Assembly: GCA_943787795.1 (NCBI GenBank)
Contig: CALSNU010000003.1
Coordinates: forward strand, 448,001-512,000
Direction: 5' to 3'
Length of the DNA: 64,000 nt
Origin: an uncultured bacterium
GTDB taxonomy: Bacteria; Planctomycetota; UBA1135; GCA-002686595
Shown: piece by piece, positions 49,095-59,162 of the stretch
Layout of the letters: the number at the start of each line of letters is the position of its first letter
Numbering within the stretch: position 1 is the first letter of the stretch
The notes under the pieces: model-generated
Seen by the model: only the letters and a program-made list of their open reading frames with translations
The model's database searches: none
What the model was told of the DNA's origin: nothing
Program-made: the position numbers and the translations under genes

Positions 49095-49675
49095 ATGGCG
49101 ACCATCCCTTCGTCTCCGATGGTGCGCTATCTCAGGCTCAAGACTGCCGACGGGACGCTCCTGGCCCACGTCGCGGCCTTGGCGGCGCTGGCGGCGGGAG
49201 GGACCGCGGGCCAGCGGCTGGGGCCTGGCAGGTTCAGCCCGGCCTCGTGCCGTCCCTCGGCTGCGTCCTCGGGCTCATGGGGGTCATCGCGGCCCGGAGC
49301 TAGGCAACCGCGACGCTCTTCCCGGTCGGCTCGGGAATCTGGGCGCTCTTCAGCGTCGCGTGGCTCCTCCACTTCACGTACTGGGGACTCGAGGGGATCG
49401 GCCCCTGGCTCGTGGCGACCGCCACCGGGCTCTGCGTGGCCGTCAGCGTCTGGCAGCGTGGCTTCTCCAAAGCCCATGGAGTCCGCTACTGGACGACCTC
49501 CTTGCTGGGCGGGCAGGCGTGGATCTACTGGCAGGGCGGCCTCGCAGACGGTCGGTGGAAGCTCTCCACCGCGCTCGCCTGGCCAGCGCTCCTCTGCCTG
49601 TGCTTCATCGTGCTGTTGGTGACCGAATGGGGCACCTCCGGTCCACAGGGCTCGGACTCCCGCGACCCAGACTGA
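49095..49675 (+). pseudogene. Membrane protein gene broken by a frameshift near 49208-49210 and an in-frame TAG at 49301
   Basis: One frame gives GTLLAHVAALAALAAGGTAG, another continues AAGAWQVQPGLVPSLGCVLGLMGVIAARS*ATATLFPVGSGIWALFSVAWLLHF...; hydrophobic throughout. Confidence 0.5.
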
Positions 49676-49780
49676 GGACACCTTGCGGGGTTTCCTTCGT
49701 CCATAGGGGGGGGCCGGCGCTCCTGCTCTTGCCTTCCGGCCGTGGTCTGGGTGATGACGAGTCCCCCGCGCGGTCTCCGG

Positions 49781-51976
49781 TCAGTCATTGTGGTGGTCCC
49801 ACGCGACGAGGAATTCACCGCCCATCAGCAGGGGCGACGCGTCCGTCGGGCGAAGTTCGAAGGCCACGCAGCCCTCCGGTCGCCCCTCGATCCAGTAGAC
49901 GCGCTGAAAGCCCATCTTCAGTGCGAGGTCCATGGCGCGCTCTCGGCTCAAGGAGGGGCGGTTCGAATCCACGTCGTAGAGCTGAAACCCGTAGTTGATC
50001 CAATCCACGCCGGGCACCGGTCTCGGCTGGCCCTGCAGCATGGCCATCTCCGTCAGCACCGGCCCGCTGAACGGTGCGGCGCGTGGCTGCTTCGGCGTGC
50101 TCGACCAGTAGGCCTCCAGGCCGGGAGGCACGTACACCACAGATCGTCGCCGCTCGGCGCGTGGGGTTACCTCGTAGAGGTGCCGGAGGCACGCCGTGAC
50201 CGCGGCGCGGGAGCGCTGGTGCCCTGTCTCCGTCCCCGTGGATACCGGTACGCTCCGTCGGTCCGCCGCTACGTCCTTGCCCATGCGGACTAGGTCCCTC
50301 CCAGTGTTGAAGACGAGGATCACCGTGAGGGCCTGGATGACGCGCCTTTGGCGGCGCTCGCGCCGCGCCCCGTCGCCGCCGCGGGAGTTGTCCTTTGTGG
50401 CTGGTGTGCGGCGGCTCAAGCCCGGACCGAGGCGCAGGCAGACAGAGACCACAATGATCACCGACAGCCACTGCTGTACGGTGTGAAAGTAGAGGCCGGA
50501 GCCTCCGGCGATCACCACGCTCATGCTGATCGCGAAGCCAATGATGGCGACGATGAAGAGCACCTCGAGGTCGAGCAGGCGCCCCTTCCTCAGGCGAGCC
50601 CTGAGGCGAGCAGGGCTTGTCACACCGAGCTCGCAGCACCGCAGCCAGCAAGCCAGCCCGGCCCAGGCAAGGCTCACGGGGAAAAAGATGGGCCAGAAGG
50701 GAACCTCCACGTAGGCCCGGAGGAAGTGCAGGGGCTCCAGGCTCGCGGCCTCCTCAGGCGCCCATCTCAGCGAGTTGATATAGAGGGCCATCGCCAGCGT
50801 CAGACCCAGTGAGGCGAGGGGCACTGGTCGGATCAGCCATCCCGGCCGGCGTGCGACCAGCCACGCGATGGTGGGCCCTGCTAGGACCAATAGAGAGATC
50901 TTTGAGATGCCCCACAGGCCGATGGCGATCGGGAGGAGAAGGGCCTGGAACCAGCCCCTGCGGGCGCCCCACTGCAGCCACGGGAGGATGGCGCCCATGC
51001 AAAGGAAGGCGAGCGTAAGCCCAACGCCCATGGACTCCGAGATGAGGAAGCTAGGCTTGAGCCCAGCCAGGTGCCCGATGGGTGATGGGAGGAAGCCACC
51101 GATGGCGACCATGACCACCAGCCAGGCGGTCCACCAGCGTTGCCGGTCGCGTCCGTGCCCAATCCCCCGGCGCCTCCTTGCCCGAGCGGACGCGGCCGCA
51201 GCGAGGATGAGCGCGTGCGCAAAGAGGGTGGTGAAGACGATCGGATAGGCGGTGCAGTAGCTGGTGACCACTGAGGTCCCTTGGCCCTCGGCCAGCGCCG
51301 CCATGGCGGCATGACTGCCCCAGTGGTAGCCGAGCCACGGGAGGCCGTCGAGGCCCGTGCTGGGAACCTCGTAGGAACGGAGCATGCCGGCGATCGACAT
51401 GTGGAAGACGGAGTCCACGTGCGTATTCCCTATGGCCTCCAGTCCGACGTCCGTCGTGGGCGTTAGATATCCACGGCCGAGTGTGATCGAGGTCAACAGG
51501 ACGCCCATCGCGAGCCCTGCGAGGGCCAGGGTCCGAACTCGGGGGGCGCCCTCCCCCTCGCGCCGAGCCAGGACAAGGGCGAGGCTGGATACGCCAAGAA
51601 GGGCGCACACGAGGCCCGCCCCCGGCCCCAGCCAAAAGCCTCCGGCGAGACCCACTAAGAGCACGGCAGCGGTTCTGGGTCCTGGGTCCAAGGGACCATC
51701 CCGGCCAACGAGTAGGGGTAGGTTGAAGACCATCCATGCGAAGCCGACCGAGAGAGCGGCCTCGCGGACCCACAGGTCCTCCAGTCCAAGGCGGCACAGG
51801 ATGATCACCGCGCCGATCGTGGCTGCGGCGGCGGAGGCGGTCAGGGCGCTCCAAACTGCGGGCCCGCCGGGAGCCTCCGCCAGATCGCCCGGCTCAAAGC
51901 CGGGGCGATCTCCGGTCGAGGGCTTGGAGTGGTCGGAGCTGGTTTGGTCTGAGCTCATCTTCCCAGCGAATGTCAT
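49781..51976 (-). CDS. Large polytopic membrane protein, possibly GT-C-like glycan-modifying
   Basis: More than 13 hydrophobic segments; loop HVDSVFH...GLDGLPWLGYHWGSH; soluble C-terminal domain. Confidence 0.65.
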   Translation of the reverse strand: MTFAGKMSSDQTSSDHSKPSTGDRPGFEPGDLAEAPGGPAVWSALTASAAAATIGAVIILCRLGLEDLWVREAALSVGFAWMVFNLPLLVGRDGPLDPGPRTAAVLLVGLAGGFWLGPGAGLVCALLGVSSLALVLARREGEGAPRVRTLALAGLAMGVLLTSITLGRGYLTPTTDVGLEAIGNTHVDSVFHMSIAGMLRSYEVPSTGLDGLPWLGYHWGSHAAMAALAEGQGTSVVTSYCTAYPIVFTTLFAHALILAAAASARARRRRGIGHGRDRQRWWTAWLVVMVAIGGFLPSPIGHLAGLKPSFLISESMGVGLTLAFLCMGAILPWLQWGARRGWFQALLLPIAIGLWGISKISLLVLAGPTIAWLVARRPGWLIRPVPLASLGLTLAMALYINSLRWAPEEAASLEPLHFLRAYVEVPFWPIFFPVSLAWAGLACWLRCCELGVTSPARLRARLRKGRLLDLEVLFIVAIIGFAISMSVVIAGGSGLYFHTVQQWLSVIIVVSVCLRLGPGLSRRTPATKDNSRGGDGARRERRQRRVIQALTVILVFNTGRDLVRMGKDVAADRRSVPVSTGTETGHQRSRAAVTACLRHLYEVTPRAERRRSVVYVPPGLEAYWSSTPKQPRAAPFSGPVLTEMAMLQGQPRPVPGVDWINYGFQLYDVDSNRPSLSRERAMDLALKMGFQRVYWIEGRPEGCVAFELRPTDASPLLMGGEFLVAWDHHND

Positions 51977-52564
51977 GGGCTATCAAAGGAGGCGTGGTCC
52001 TCCGGGTGTCACGTGGGAGCCGGCCGCATCGTATGGGATATGCTGGGCGCCCCTCGGCGCGAGCGTACGGCGCGCGTCGCCTGGCGTTCCAACGCAGGGG
52101 AGCGAAAGACGGGAGATGTGGCGTCGCCGCCCACGTCGATCATGCCGTCTCGGTTCGGGGGTCGAGGGGAGGGCTGCACGCCGCTGGAGTGGTGGGACGA
52201 TGGGAGCCTCACCGAGCCTCGTCACGGGGCGTGGGCGGCCGAAGTGGCCCTCGGGAGCGGCTCACTTGCTGCCGCCCTTCCGACGCCGACGCCTCGCGTG
52301 AGGGAAATCTGCCGCCCTGGCCTGCCGCTGAGGGCCCCAGCCTCCGTACCCTCTAGCCCTCGACCGCCGCATTCGTGGCCCCCCCCGGGGTCGCTGCGGG
52401 TGCGGAGCCCCGGCCTGCTGGACGGCTTGTGACGTCCGGCGATAGGCCACGGACTGCCTGCCTGGTGTGGGCGCCTGGTGCCCGCCGGTCCCCACTTGAA
52501 CAAGATTGCGCGGCGTCTCCCTAGCCGCCACCGGGCCTCCCTGGCCCAAGCCAAGACGATGACC

Positions 52565-55333
52565 ATGAGCGTGTACACCGACTACCTCGAGCAGATCGAG
52601 GCCCGCAAGGGCCAGGGCCTCCACCCCAAGCCCATCGAGGACGCCGAGCTGGTCGAGGCGCTCATCGCCCAGATCGAGGACGCCGGGAACGAGCACCGCG
52701 AGGCCTCGCTCCAGTTCTTCATCTACAACACGCTTCCCGGGACGACCAGCGCGGCGGGGGCCAAGGCTCGCTTCCTGAAGCGGATCGTCCTCGGTGACGC
52801 GGTGGTCGAGGAGATCACTCCCACGTTTGCCCTCGAGCTGCTCTCGCACATGAAGGGTGGCCCGTCGGTGGAGGTGCTGCTCGACCTCGCCCTCGGGGAC
52901 GACGCCGGGATCGCGCGCCAGGCGGCCGACGTCCTCAAGACCCAGGTCTTCCTCTACGAGGCGGACACCGATCGCCTGAAGGCCGCCCACGGGGCCGGCC
53001 ACGCGCTCGCGACCGAGATCCTGGAGAGCTACGTCCAGGCCGAGTTCTTCACCTCGCTCCCCGAAGTGGACGAGACGATCCAGGTCGTCACCTTCGTCAC
53101 CGCGGTGGGCGACGTGTCCACGGACCTCCTCTCGCCGGGGAGCGACGCCCACTCCCGGTCGGACCGCGAGCTCCACGGCCAGTGCCTCTTCGAGCACGAC
53201 AAGGAGAAGCAGGACGCACTCCGGGCGCTGCAGGCCCAGCACCCCGACAAGCGGATCATGCTCGTGGCGGAGAAGGGCACCATGGGCGTGGGCTCCTCCC
53301 GCATGTCCGGGGTGAACAACGTCGCCCTCTGGACCGGCGTTCAGGCGAGCCCCTACGTCCCGTTCATCAACATCGCGCCCGTGGTCGGCGGCACCAACGG
53401 GATCTCGCCGATCTTCCTCACCACCGTGGGGGTCACCGGCGGCATCGGGCTCGACCTGAACAACTGGGTCAAGCGGCTGGGGCCGGACGGCGAGCCGGTC
53501 CTCGACGCGGACGGCGAGCCCGTGCTGGAGGAGGTCTTCTCGATCGACACGGGCACCGTCCTGACGATCAACACGCGCACCAAGAGGCTCTACGACGAGA
53601 GCGGCGCAAAGGAGCTCTGCGACATCTCCCCGGCCTTCACCCCCCAGAAGCTGGAGTTCATCCGGGCCAAGGGGTCCTACGCCGTGGTCTTCGGCAAGAA
53701 GCTCCAGACCACCGCGGCGGAGATCCTCGGGGTGGAGAAGCCGGCGGTGTACGCCGCCGCCAAGGAGGTCTCCCACGCGGGGCAGGGCCTGACCGCTGTG
53801 GAGAAGATCTTCAACCGCAACGCCGTGGGGACGACGCCGGGCGCCGTGCTGCACGCCGGGTCGGACGTGCGGGTCAAGGTCAACATCGTCGGCTCCCAGG
53901 ACACGACGGGCCTGATGACCTCCCAGGAGCTCGAGATGATGGCGGCCACCGTCATCTCCCCGACCGTGGACGGGGCCTACCAATCCGGCTGCCACACGGC
54001 GTCGGTCTGGGACAAGAAGGCGCAGCGCAACATCCCGAAGCTCATGAGCTTCATGAACGACTTCGGGCTGATCACCGCGCGGGACCCCGAGGAGAAGTAC
54101 CCGGCGATGACCGACGTCATCCACAAGGTCTTGAACGACCTCGCCGTGGACGACCGCGCCGTGATCATCGGCGGCGACTCCCACACCCGCATGTCGAAGG
54201 GTGTGGCCTTCGGCGCCGACTCCGGCACCGTGGGCCTGGCCCTCGCGACGGGTGAGGCGACCATGCCCATCCCCGAGTCCGTCAAGGTGACCTTCAAGGG
54301 CACCCTCAAGGATCACATGGACTTCCGGGACGTGGTGCACGCGACCCAGGCGCAGATGCTCCAGGAGTTCGGGGACAACGTGTTCCAGGGCCGCATCATC
54401 GAGGTCCACCTGGGCACCCTGCTCTCCGATCAGGCGTTCACCTTCACGGACTGGACGGCGGAGATGAAGGCCAAGGCTTCGATCTGCATCTCGGAGCCGG
54501 AGACCCTCATCGAGTCCCTCGAGATCGCCCGGGATCGGATCCAGATCATGATCGACAAGGGCATGGACAACGAGGGCGCCGTGCTGGCGGGCCTCGTGGC
54601 CCGCGCCGAGGCGCGCATCGCCGGGCTCCGCTCCGGCGAAGACCCGGCCCTGCTGCCGGATGACGACGCCCGCTACGCCGCGGAGTTCACCGTCGACCTC
54701 GACATCATCGACGAGCCGATGATCGCGGATCCGGACGTGAACAACGATGACGTGTCGAAGCGCTACACCCACGACACCATCCGCCCGGTCTCTCACTACG
54801 GCGGCACCAAGGAGGTCGACCTGGGCTTCGTGGGCTCCTGCATGATCCACAAGGGCGACATGCAGATCATCGCGCAGATGCTGAAGAACATCGAGACGAA
54901 GGAGGGCTCGGTGACCTTCAAGGCGCCCCTCGTGGTGGCCCCGCCGACCTACAACATCGTCGACGAGCTCAAGGCCGAAGGCGACTGGTCCATCCTCCAG
55001 AAGTACTCGGGCTTCGAGTTCGACGACCTGCTGCCCAAGAGCACGGCCCGCACCCAGTACGAGCCGATGATGTACCTGGAGCGGCCCGGCTGCAATCTGT
55101 GCATGGGCAACCAGGAGAAGGCGGCGAAGGGTGACACCGTGATGGCCACCTCGACGCGCCTCTTCAAGGGCCGCGTGGTCGCGGATAGCGACGAGAAGAA
55201 GGGCGAGTCGCTCCTCGCCTCGACCCCGGTGGTCGTCCTCTCCACGATCCTCGGGCGCACCCCGAGCATGGACGAGTACCTCGCCGCGGTGGACGGGATC
55301 AAGCTCACCAGCTTCGCGCCCCCGGTGGACTGA
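52565..55333 (+). CDS. acnB: Aconitate hydratase 2 / 2-methylisocitrate dehydratase
   Basis: STDLLSP, GVGSSRMSG, GSQDTTG, QSGCHT, GGDSHTR, FVGSCM, PGCNLCMGNQ, STRLF. Confidence 0.96.
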   Translation: MSVYTDYLEQIEARKGQGLHPKPIEDAELVEALIAQIEDAGNEHREASLQFFIYNTLPGTTSAAGAKARFLKRIVLGDAVVEEITPTFALELLSHMKGGPSVEVLLDLALGDDAGIARQAADVLKTQVFLYEADTDRLKAAHGAGHALATEILESYVQAEFFTSLPEVDETIQVVTFVTAVGDVSTDLLSPGSDAHSRSDRELHGQCLFEHDKEKQDALRALQAQHPDKRIMLVAEKGTMGVGSSRMSGVNNVALWTGVQASPYVPFINIAPVVGGTNGISPIFLTTVGVTGGIGLDLNNWVKRLGPDGEPVLDADGEPVLEEVFSIDTGTVLTINTRTKRLYDESGAKELCDISPAFTPQKLEFIRAKGSYAVVFGKKLQTTAAEILGVEKPAVYAAAKEVSHAGQGLTAVEKIFNRNAVGTTPGAVLHAGSDVRVKVNIVGSQDTTGLMTSQELEMMAATVISPTVDGAYQSGCHTASVWDKKAQRNIPKLMSFMNDFGLITARDPEEKYPAMTDVIHKVLNDLAVDDRAVIIGGDSHTRMSKGVAFGADSGTVGLALATGEATMPIPESVKVTFKGTLKDHMDFRDVVHATQAQMLQEFGDNVFQGRIIEVHLGTLLSDQAFTFTDWTAEMKAKASICISEPETLIESLEIARDRIQIMIDKGMDNEGAVLAGLVARAEARIAGLRSGEDPALLPDDDARYAAEFTVDLDIIDEPMIADPDVNNDDVSKRYTHDTIRPVSHYGGTKEVDLGFVGSCMIHKGDMQIIAQMLKNIETKEGSVTFKAPLVVAPPTYNIVDELKAEGDWSILQKYSGFEFDDLLPKSTARTQYEPMMYLERPGCNLCMGNQEKAAKGDTVMATSTRLFKGRVVADSDEKKGESLLASTPVVVLSTILGRTPSMDEYLAAVDGIKLTSFAPPVD

Positions 55334-55346
55334 ATCGGCGGCCCGT

Positions 55347-56624
55347 TCAGCCGAGGAGGTAGGCCTTGAGGGCCGCGGAGTTCGCGGGGATCGTCACGGC
55401 CTGCTTGGGTCGGTCGATGATCGCCGTGAGCCGCTCGGGCATCTCTGGTGAACGGCCGATAGCGGGGGCCACCACCTCGCCGAACTTGCACGGAGCGGCC
55501 GTGTGCAGGAAGACCCCGCGGGCTGCGGGGTCGTCGCGGAGGACGGCGTCGAGCGCAGCGTGGCCGATGGCGCCGTGGGGGTCCACGACGTAGCCGGAGG
55601 TCTCGTACACCTGCTGCATCCGCGCGCGGGTGGCGGGGTCGTCGAGGTAGAAGCCGCGGACCGTGGCGCGGAGGGCCTCGAGGTCGTCGCCGACGAGCCG
55701 GAGCAGGCGGATGAAGTTGCTCGGGGCGCCGACGTCCATGGCGTTGGAGATGGTGGGGATGCTCGGGCGCGGGCGGTAGTCGCCGGTCTCCAGGTACTCG
55801 GGGACCACGCGATTCACGTTGGTGGCGGCGACGAACCCCCGGCACGGCATGCCCATGCGGTGCGCCAGGAGTCCGGCGGCGAGGTTTCCGTAGTTGCCGG
55901 AGGGCACGCTGAAGATGACCTCCCCCCCCAGTCGTTGGACCGCGCTGGCGAAGGTGGTGGCCTGTGGGATCCACCGGGCGATGTTGATCGAGTTGGCGCT
56001 GGTGAGGGGCCGCGCAGCCTGGAGCTCGGCGTCGAGAAAGGCGGACTTGACCATGGTCTGGCAGTCGTCGAAGGCGCCCTCGACCTCCAGCGCCTGCACG
56101 TTGCCGCCCACGGTGGTGAGCTGCTGCTCCTGCACGCGGCTAATACGCCCCTTGGGGTACAGCAGCACCACGTCGATGCCCTCCACGCCGTGGAATCCCT
56201 GGGCGACGGCGCTGCCCGTGTCGCCGCTGGTGGCGACCAGCACCGTCACCTTTCGGTCGCTGAAGTGGCTGATCGCGCGGGCCAGGAAGCGGGCGCCCAC
56301 GTCCTTGAACGCCAGGGTCGGCCCGTGGAAGAGCTCGAGCGCGTAGCGGCGCTCGTCGGTCTCGACCAGGGGGAAGGGGAAGTCGATGGCCTCGGCGCAG
56401 ATGCGCTCGAGGTCAGCGCGGCCCATCGAGCCCTCGGCGAAGGGCCAGAGGATCTCCGTCGCGAGCTGATGGTGCTCCATGTCCGGGGTCGCCGCCCAGG
56501 TCTCGAGGGGGACCGTCGGGATCTCGTTCGGGAAGTAGAGCCCCCCTCCCGGAGGAAGGCCGCGCAGGATCGCTTTGTGGAAGGGTGCCGTCTCGCCGTG
56601 GTCTCGTGTGCTGTGGAAGTCCAT
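55347..56624 (-). CDS. thrC: Threonine synthase
   Basis: LELFHGPTLAFKD, ATSGDTG, SANSINIAR, VPSGNYGN, SNAMDVG. Confidence 0.96.
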   Translation of the reverse strand: MDFHSTRDHGETAPFHKAILRGLPPGGGLYFPNEIPTVPLETWAATPDMEHHQLATEILWPFAEGSMGRADLERICAEAIDFPFPLVETDERRYALELFHGPTLAFKDVGARFLARAISHFSDRKVTVLVATSGDTGSAVAQGFHGVEGIDVVLLYPKGRISRVQEQQLTTVGGNVQALEVEGAFDDCQTMVKSAFLDAELQAARPLTSANSINIARWIPQATTFASAVQRLGGEVIFSVPSGNYGNLAAGLLAHRMGMPCRGFVAATNVNRVVPEYLETGDYRPRPSIPTISNAMDVGAPSNFIRLLRLVGDDLEALRATVRGFYLDDPATRARMQQVYETSGYVVDPHGAIGHAALDAVLRDDPAARGVFLHTAAPCKFGEVVAPAIGRSPEMPERLTAIIDRPKQAVTIPANSAALKAYLLG

Positions 56625-56629
56625 GGGGA

Positions 56630-57562
56630 TCAGGCGTCGTTGCTGAGGACGTGAGCCCCCCGAGTGGAGATGGAGCTGAGATGAACCTGGTGGCCTGCGC
56701 CGGCCTCGTGGAGAGCCGCCGAGATCGCCCGACCCACGTCGTCGGCGGTGCGTCGGTCCAGGCTGACCCAGTAGCTCGATGGACCGCTCCCGCTGATGCC
56801 GCCTGCCCGGGCGCCGGCGTCCAGGGCCGCGTGCCCGATGGTCTTGAAGTAAGGCTGGAGCGGGATGCGGTGCGGCTCCGCGAGGACGTCCTCAAGGGCG
56901 AGCGCTGCATCCAGAGCATCGCCAGAGTGACAGCAGTGCACGAAGCGGCCCAGCCGCGCCATCTGCTGCAGGGCGTCCGTCAGCGGGACGGCGCCGGGGA
57001 GCACTGCGCGGGCCTCCGCGGTCTCGATGACGGCCTCGGGATGCACCACGGTGAGGTGCCAGTCCGGCGGGGGCAGGCGGTCGACGCGCCCGTCTGGACC
57101 CACGAGGCACAGCCCTCCGAGCAGGGCCGGCGCCACGTTGTCCGCGTGCCGGGCTCCGCTGGCGACCTGCTCACCATCCAGAGCCATGGGTAGCAGGTCC
57201 TCCGGGCTCAGGTTGGCACCTGCGAGCGCGGCCACGCCGAAGGCGGCGCTCGCGGCCGAAGCGGCGCTCGACCCGATGCCGCTGCCCGGCAAGACGGCCT
57301 TGTGGACGGTCAACTCCACACCCCACTCCACGTCGAGCGCCCTGAGGACGCTGCGTGCAGCCACCCCGCTCACGTTCCGCTCCACCTCCAGGGGGAGGTC
57401 GGCGCCGTGGATGGCGGCGAGGGTGACGCCCGGCTCCCGTGTGCGCCTGAGCTCCAGCCGCTCCATCGGCCGCTCGAGCGCCAGGCCGAGGCAGTCAAAC
57501 CCCACCGTGAGGTTGGCCACCGTCGCGGGGGCGGCCACAGTGATCTGCTTGAGAGGGGCCAT
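56630..57562 (-). CDS. thrB: Homoserine kinase
   Basis: APATVANLTVGFDCLG, PGSGIGSSAAS, HADNVAP, ISGSGPS. Confidence 0.94.
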   Translation of the reverse strand: MAPLKQITVAAPATVANLTVGFDCLGLALERPMERLELRRTREPGVTLAAIHGADLPLEVERNVSGVAARSVLRALDVEWGVELTVHKAVLPGSGIGSSAASAASAAFGVAALAGANLSPEDLLPMALDGEQVASGARHADNVAPALLGGLCLVGPDGRVDRLPPPDWHLTVVHPEAVIETAEARAVLPGAVPLTDALQQMARLGRFVHCCHSGDALDAALALEDVLAEPHRIPLQPYFKTIGHAALDAGARAGGISGSGPSSYWVSLDRRTADDVGRAISAALHEAGAGHQVHLSSISTRGAHVLSNDA

Positions 57563-57637
57563 TTGGGGGAGGCTCGAGGGACGGGCGGGCAGGTTGGGAG
57601 GCCGGTGCACAGGTGTGCTGCGCCGGCCGAGCCCGGT

Positions 57638-58051
57638 TCAGGCGCTCGCGTAGACGTTGAACCAGCGCTGGCAGTAGGTGCACTTCACGTCCCCGCTCGG
57701 AGAGACGTCGGCGCCTTCGCCTAGGGCGGCGCCGCAGTTGGTGCAGGCCAGCTGGGACGGACTCCGCGGTGTTCCTGCTGTCGGCGTTGCTGCGGCAGGA
57801 CGCGCCGCTGTGGACGACGCGGCTCCAAGGGCCGAGCTCAGGGTGGAGGGGGCAGCGGCCGCTGCCTTTGGCTGGAGTCCAAGGGCCCCGGCAACACCGA
57901 CGAGGACGAAGACCGAGGCGATGAGGCTCCCGAAGACCTTGAAGAGCAGCGGAGGCGCCCCGAACCCCTCCGCGGACCAAAGGGCCACGATCATCACGAG
58001 GCCAATGGCCCCGAAGATAGCGGGAATGAGGCGACTGATGATCGTCGTCAT
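57638..58051 (-). CDS. Two-TM membrane protein with C-terminal zinc ribbon
   Basis: Two hydrophobic helices; CTNCGA...VKCTYC. Confidence 0.75.
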   Translation of the reverse strand: MTTIISRLIPAIFGAIGLVMIVALWSAEGFGAPPLLFKVFGSLIASVFVLVGVAGALGLQPKAAAAAPSTLSSALGAASSTAARPAAATPTAGTPRSPSQLACTNCGAALGEGADVSPSGDVKCTYCQRWFNVYASA

Positions 58052-58236
58052 GTGCGGATGATACGCGGGGACGGACGTGATGTCGGTCAGATCGCTCCAG
58101 GGTCGTCGAGCAACGGCCTGCGACCAAGATCGCTCGCGTGCGGTGCTCGGTGCATTCACCCGCTCTCGACGCCTCCTGCGCGCGCGCCTTGAGCTCCCGG
58201 AGCACACCTCTCCGTGACCGAGGCGGTCCAGGCGAG

Positions 58237-58300
58237 CCAGTGTTCGTGCGAGCCAGTGTTCCTGCGGCCCAGTGTTCCTGCGGCCCAGTGTTCCCGCGGC
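58237..58300. repeat. 16-nt intergenic tandem repeat CCAGTGTTCCTGCGGC x4
   Basis: ccagtgttcgtgcgag ccagtgttcctgcggc ccagtgttcctgcggc ccagtgttcccgcggc, no spacers. Confidence 0.9.
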
Positions 58301-58594
58301 CCACAGCTCCCCGGGCAAGTGCTCCACCGCCTCGTGTTCAGGGGCGTCATGCTCAGGCGCCCCGGCCGCCGTCCGCGTGGCATCTGGCCACAGAGGCCGA
58401 GTCGGCTCTACCATTAGCCGCCGTGCCTATGGTGAGTTGATGGGGACCAGGCGGCCCCGCGGAGCGGAACGGCGATCACCTGGGAGACCCCGTTCGAGGC
58501 GCGGGGATCGGGGTGTAGGAGGGGCGGTGGCGTGTTCTGGGACGGCGTGGCGCCTCAAAGAGGGAAGCCTTCAAGCGGCGCTCCGGGGTGGACG

Positions 58595-58804
58595 ATGACC
58601 TCGCCCATGGACGGAATCTCCAGCCAGCAATCCAGCGCACTCTCCAGGTCGAGCGCTTCCATTGGGAGCAAGATCAATGTGGCTGTTCTGGGCAAGGTCC
58701 AGGATCAGCAGAAGGCCGAGGGCGAGGCGGCGGTGCGCCTGATCGAATCCGCCCGCCTGGCGAAGGAGCCCGGCAAGGGCGGCCGGCTCGACGTGAGAGG
58801 CTAG
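58595..58804 (+). CDS. YjfB-family small protein
   Basis: INVAVLGKVQDQQKAEGEAAVRLIES...GKGGRLDVRG matches the YjfB pattern. Confidence 0.7.
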   Translation: MTSPMDGISSQQSSALSRSSASIGSKINVAVLGKVQDQQKAEGEAAVRLIESARLAKEPGKGGRLDVRG

Positions 58805-58826
58805 GGCCGCCCGCGTCGGGCGCACT

Positions 58827-59162
58827 TCAAGGGGCGGCAACGCTCGTTGAGAGCTGGAGGGTGATCACGCCCGCGATGATGAGGCCGAGCCCTGCGAGCG
58901 CCGCGGCGTCGAGCTCCTGACCGTGGAGCCACCAGGCGATCAGGGTCACGAGGAGGACGCCGACCCCGGACCAGACGGCGAAGGCGATCCCCACCGGGAT
59001 GTCCCGGAGGCAGAGTGAGAGCATGTAGAAGGCGACGCCGTAGCCGACCGCGACGATGGCGCTCGGGATGGGGCGGGTGAACCCCTCGCTGGACCTGAGC
59101 GCCGAGGTCGCGGTGACCTCGGCGGCGATGGCGACGGCGAGGTAGAGCTAGCCAGGTGACAT
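58827..59162 (-). pseudogene. SMR (EmrE/QacE-type) efflux transporter with in-frame TAG at codon 5
   Basis: [33 protein letters not shown]...[14 protein letters not shown]; the TAG (59148-59150) sits where many SMRs have Trp (xWLYL). Confidence 0.85.

Noticed and set aside
51977..52564. ncRNA or small gene in the long gap before acnB
   Set aside because: No convincing motif, structure or coding-like frame was visible.
58237..58300. CRISPR array (also considered for 60391, 21361 and 14570)
   Set aside because: Units are directly adjacent with no unique spacers, are too short, and no cas genes are present.
58827..59162. Amber (TAG) recoding to Trp or pyrrolysine
   Set aside because: TAG ends genes at natural positions (sigma-54 regulator 2907-2909, EamA, YjfB, exonuclease), no pyl genes or suppressor tRNA are seen, and the shared CTAG context explains both internal stops better.
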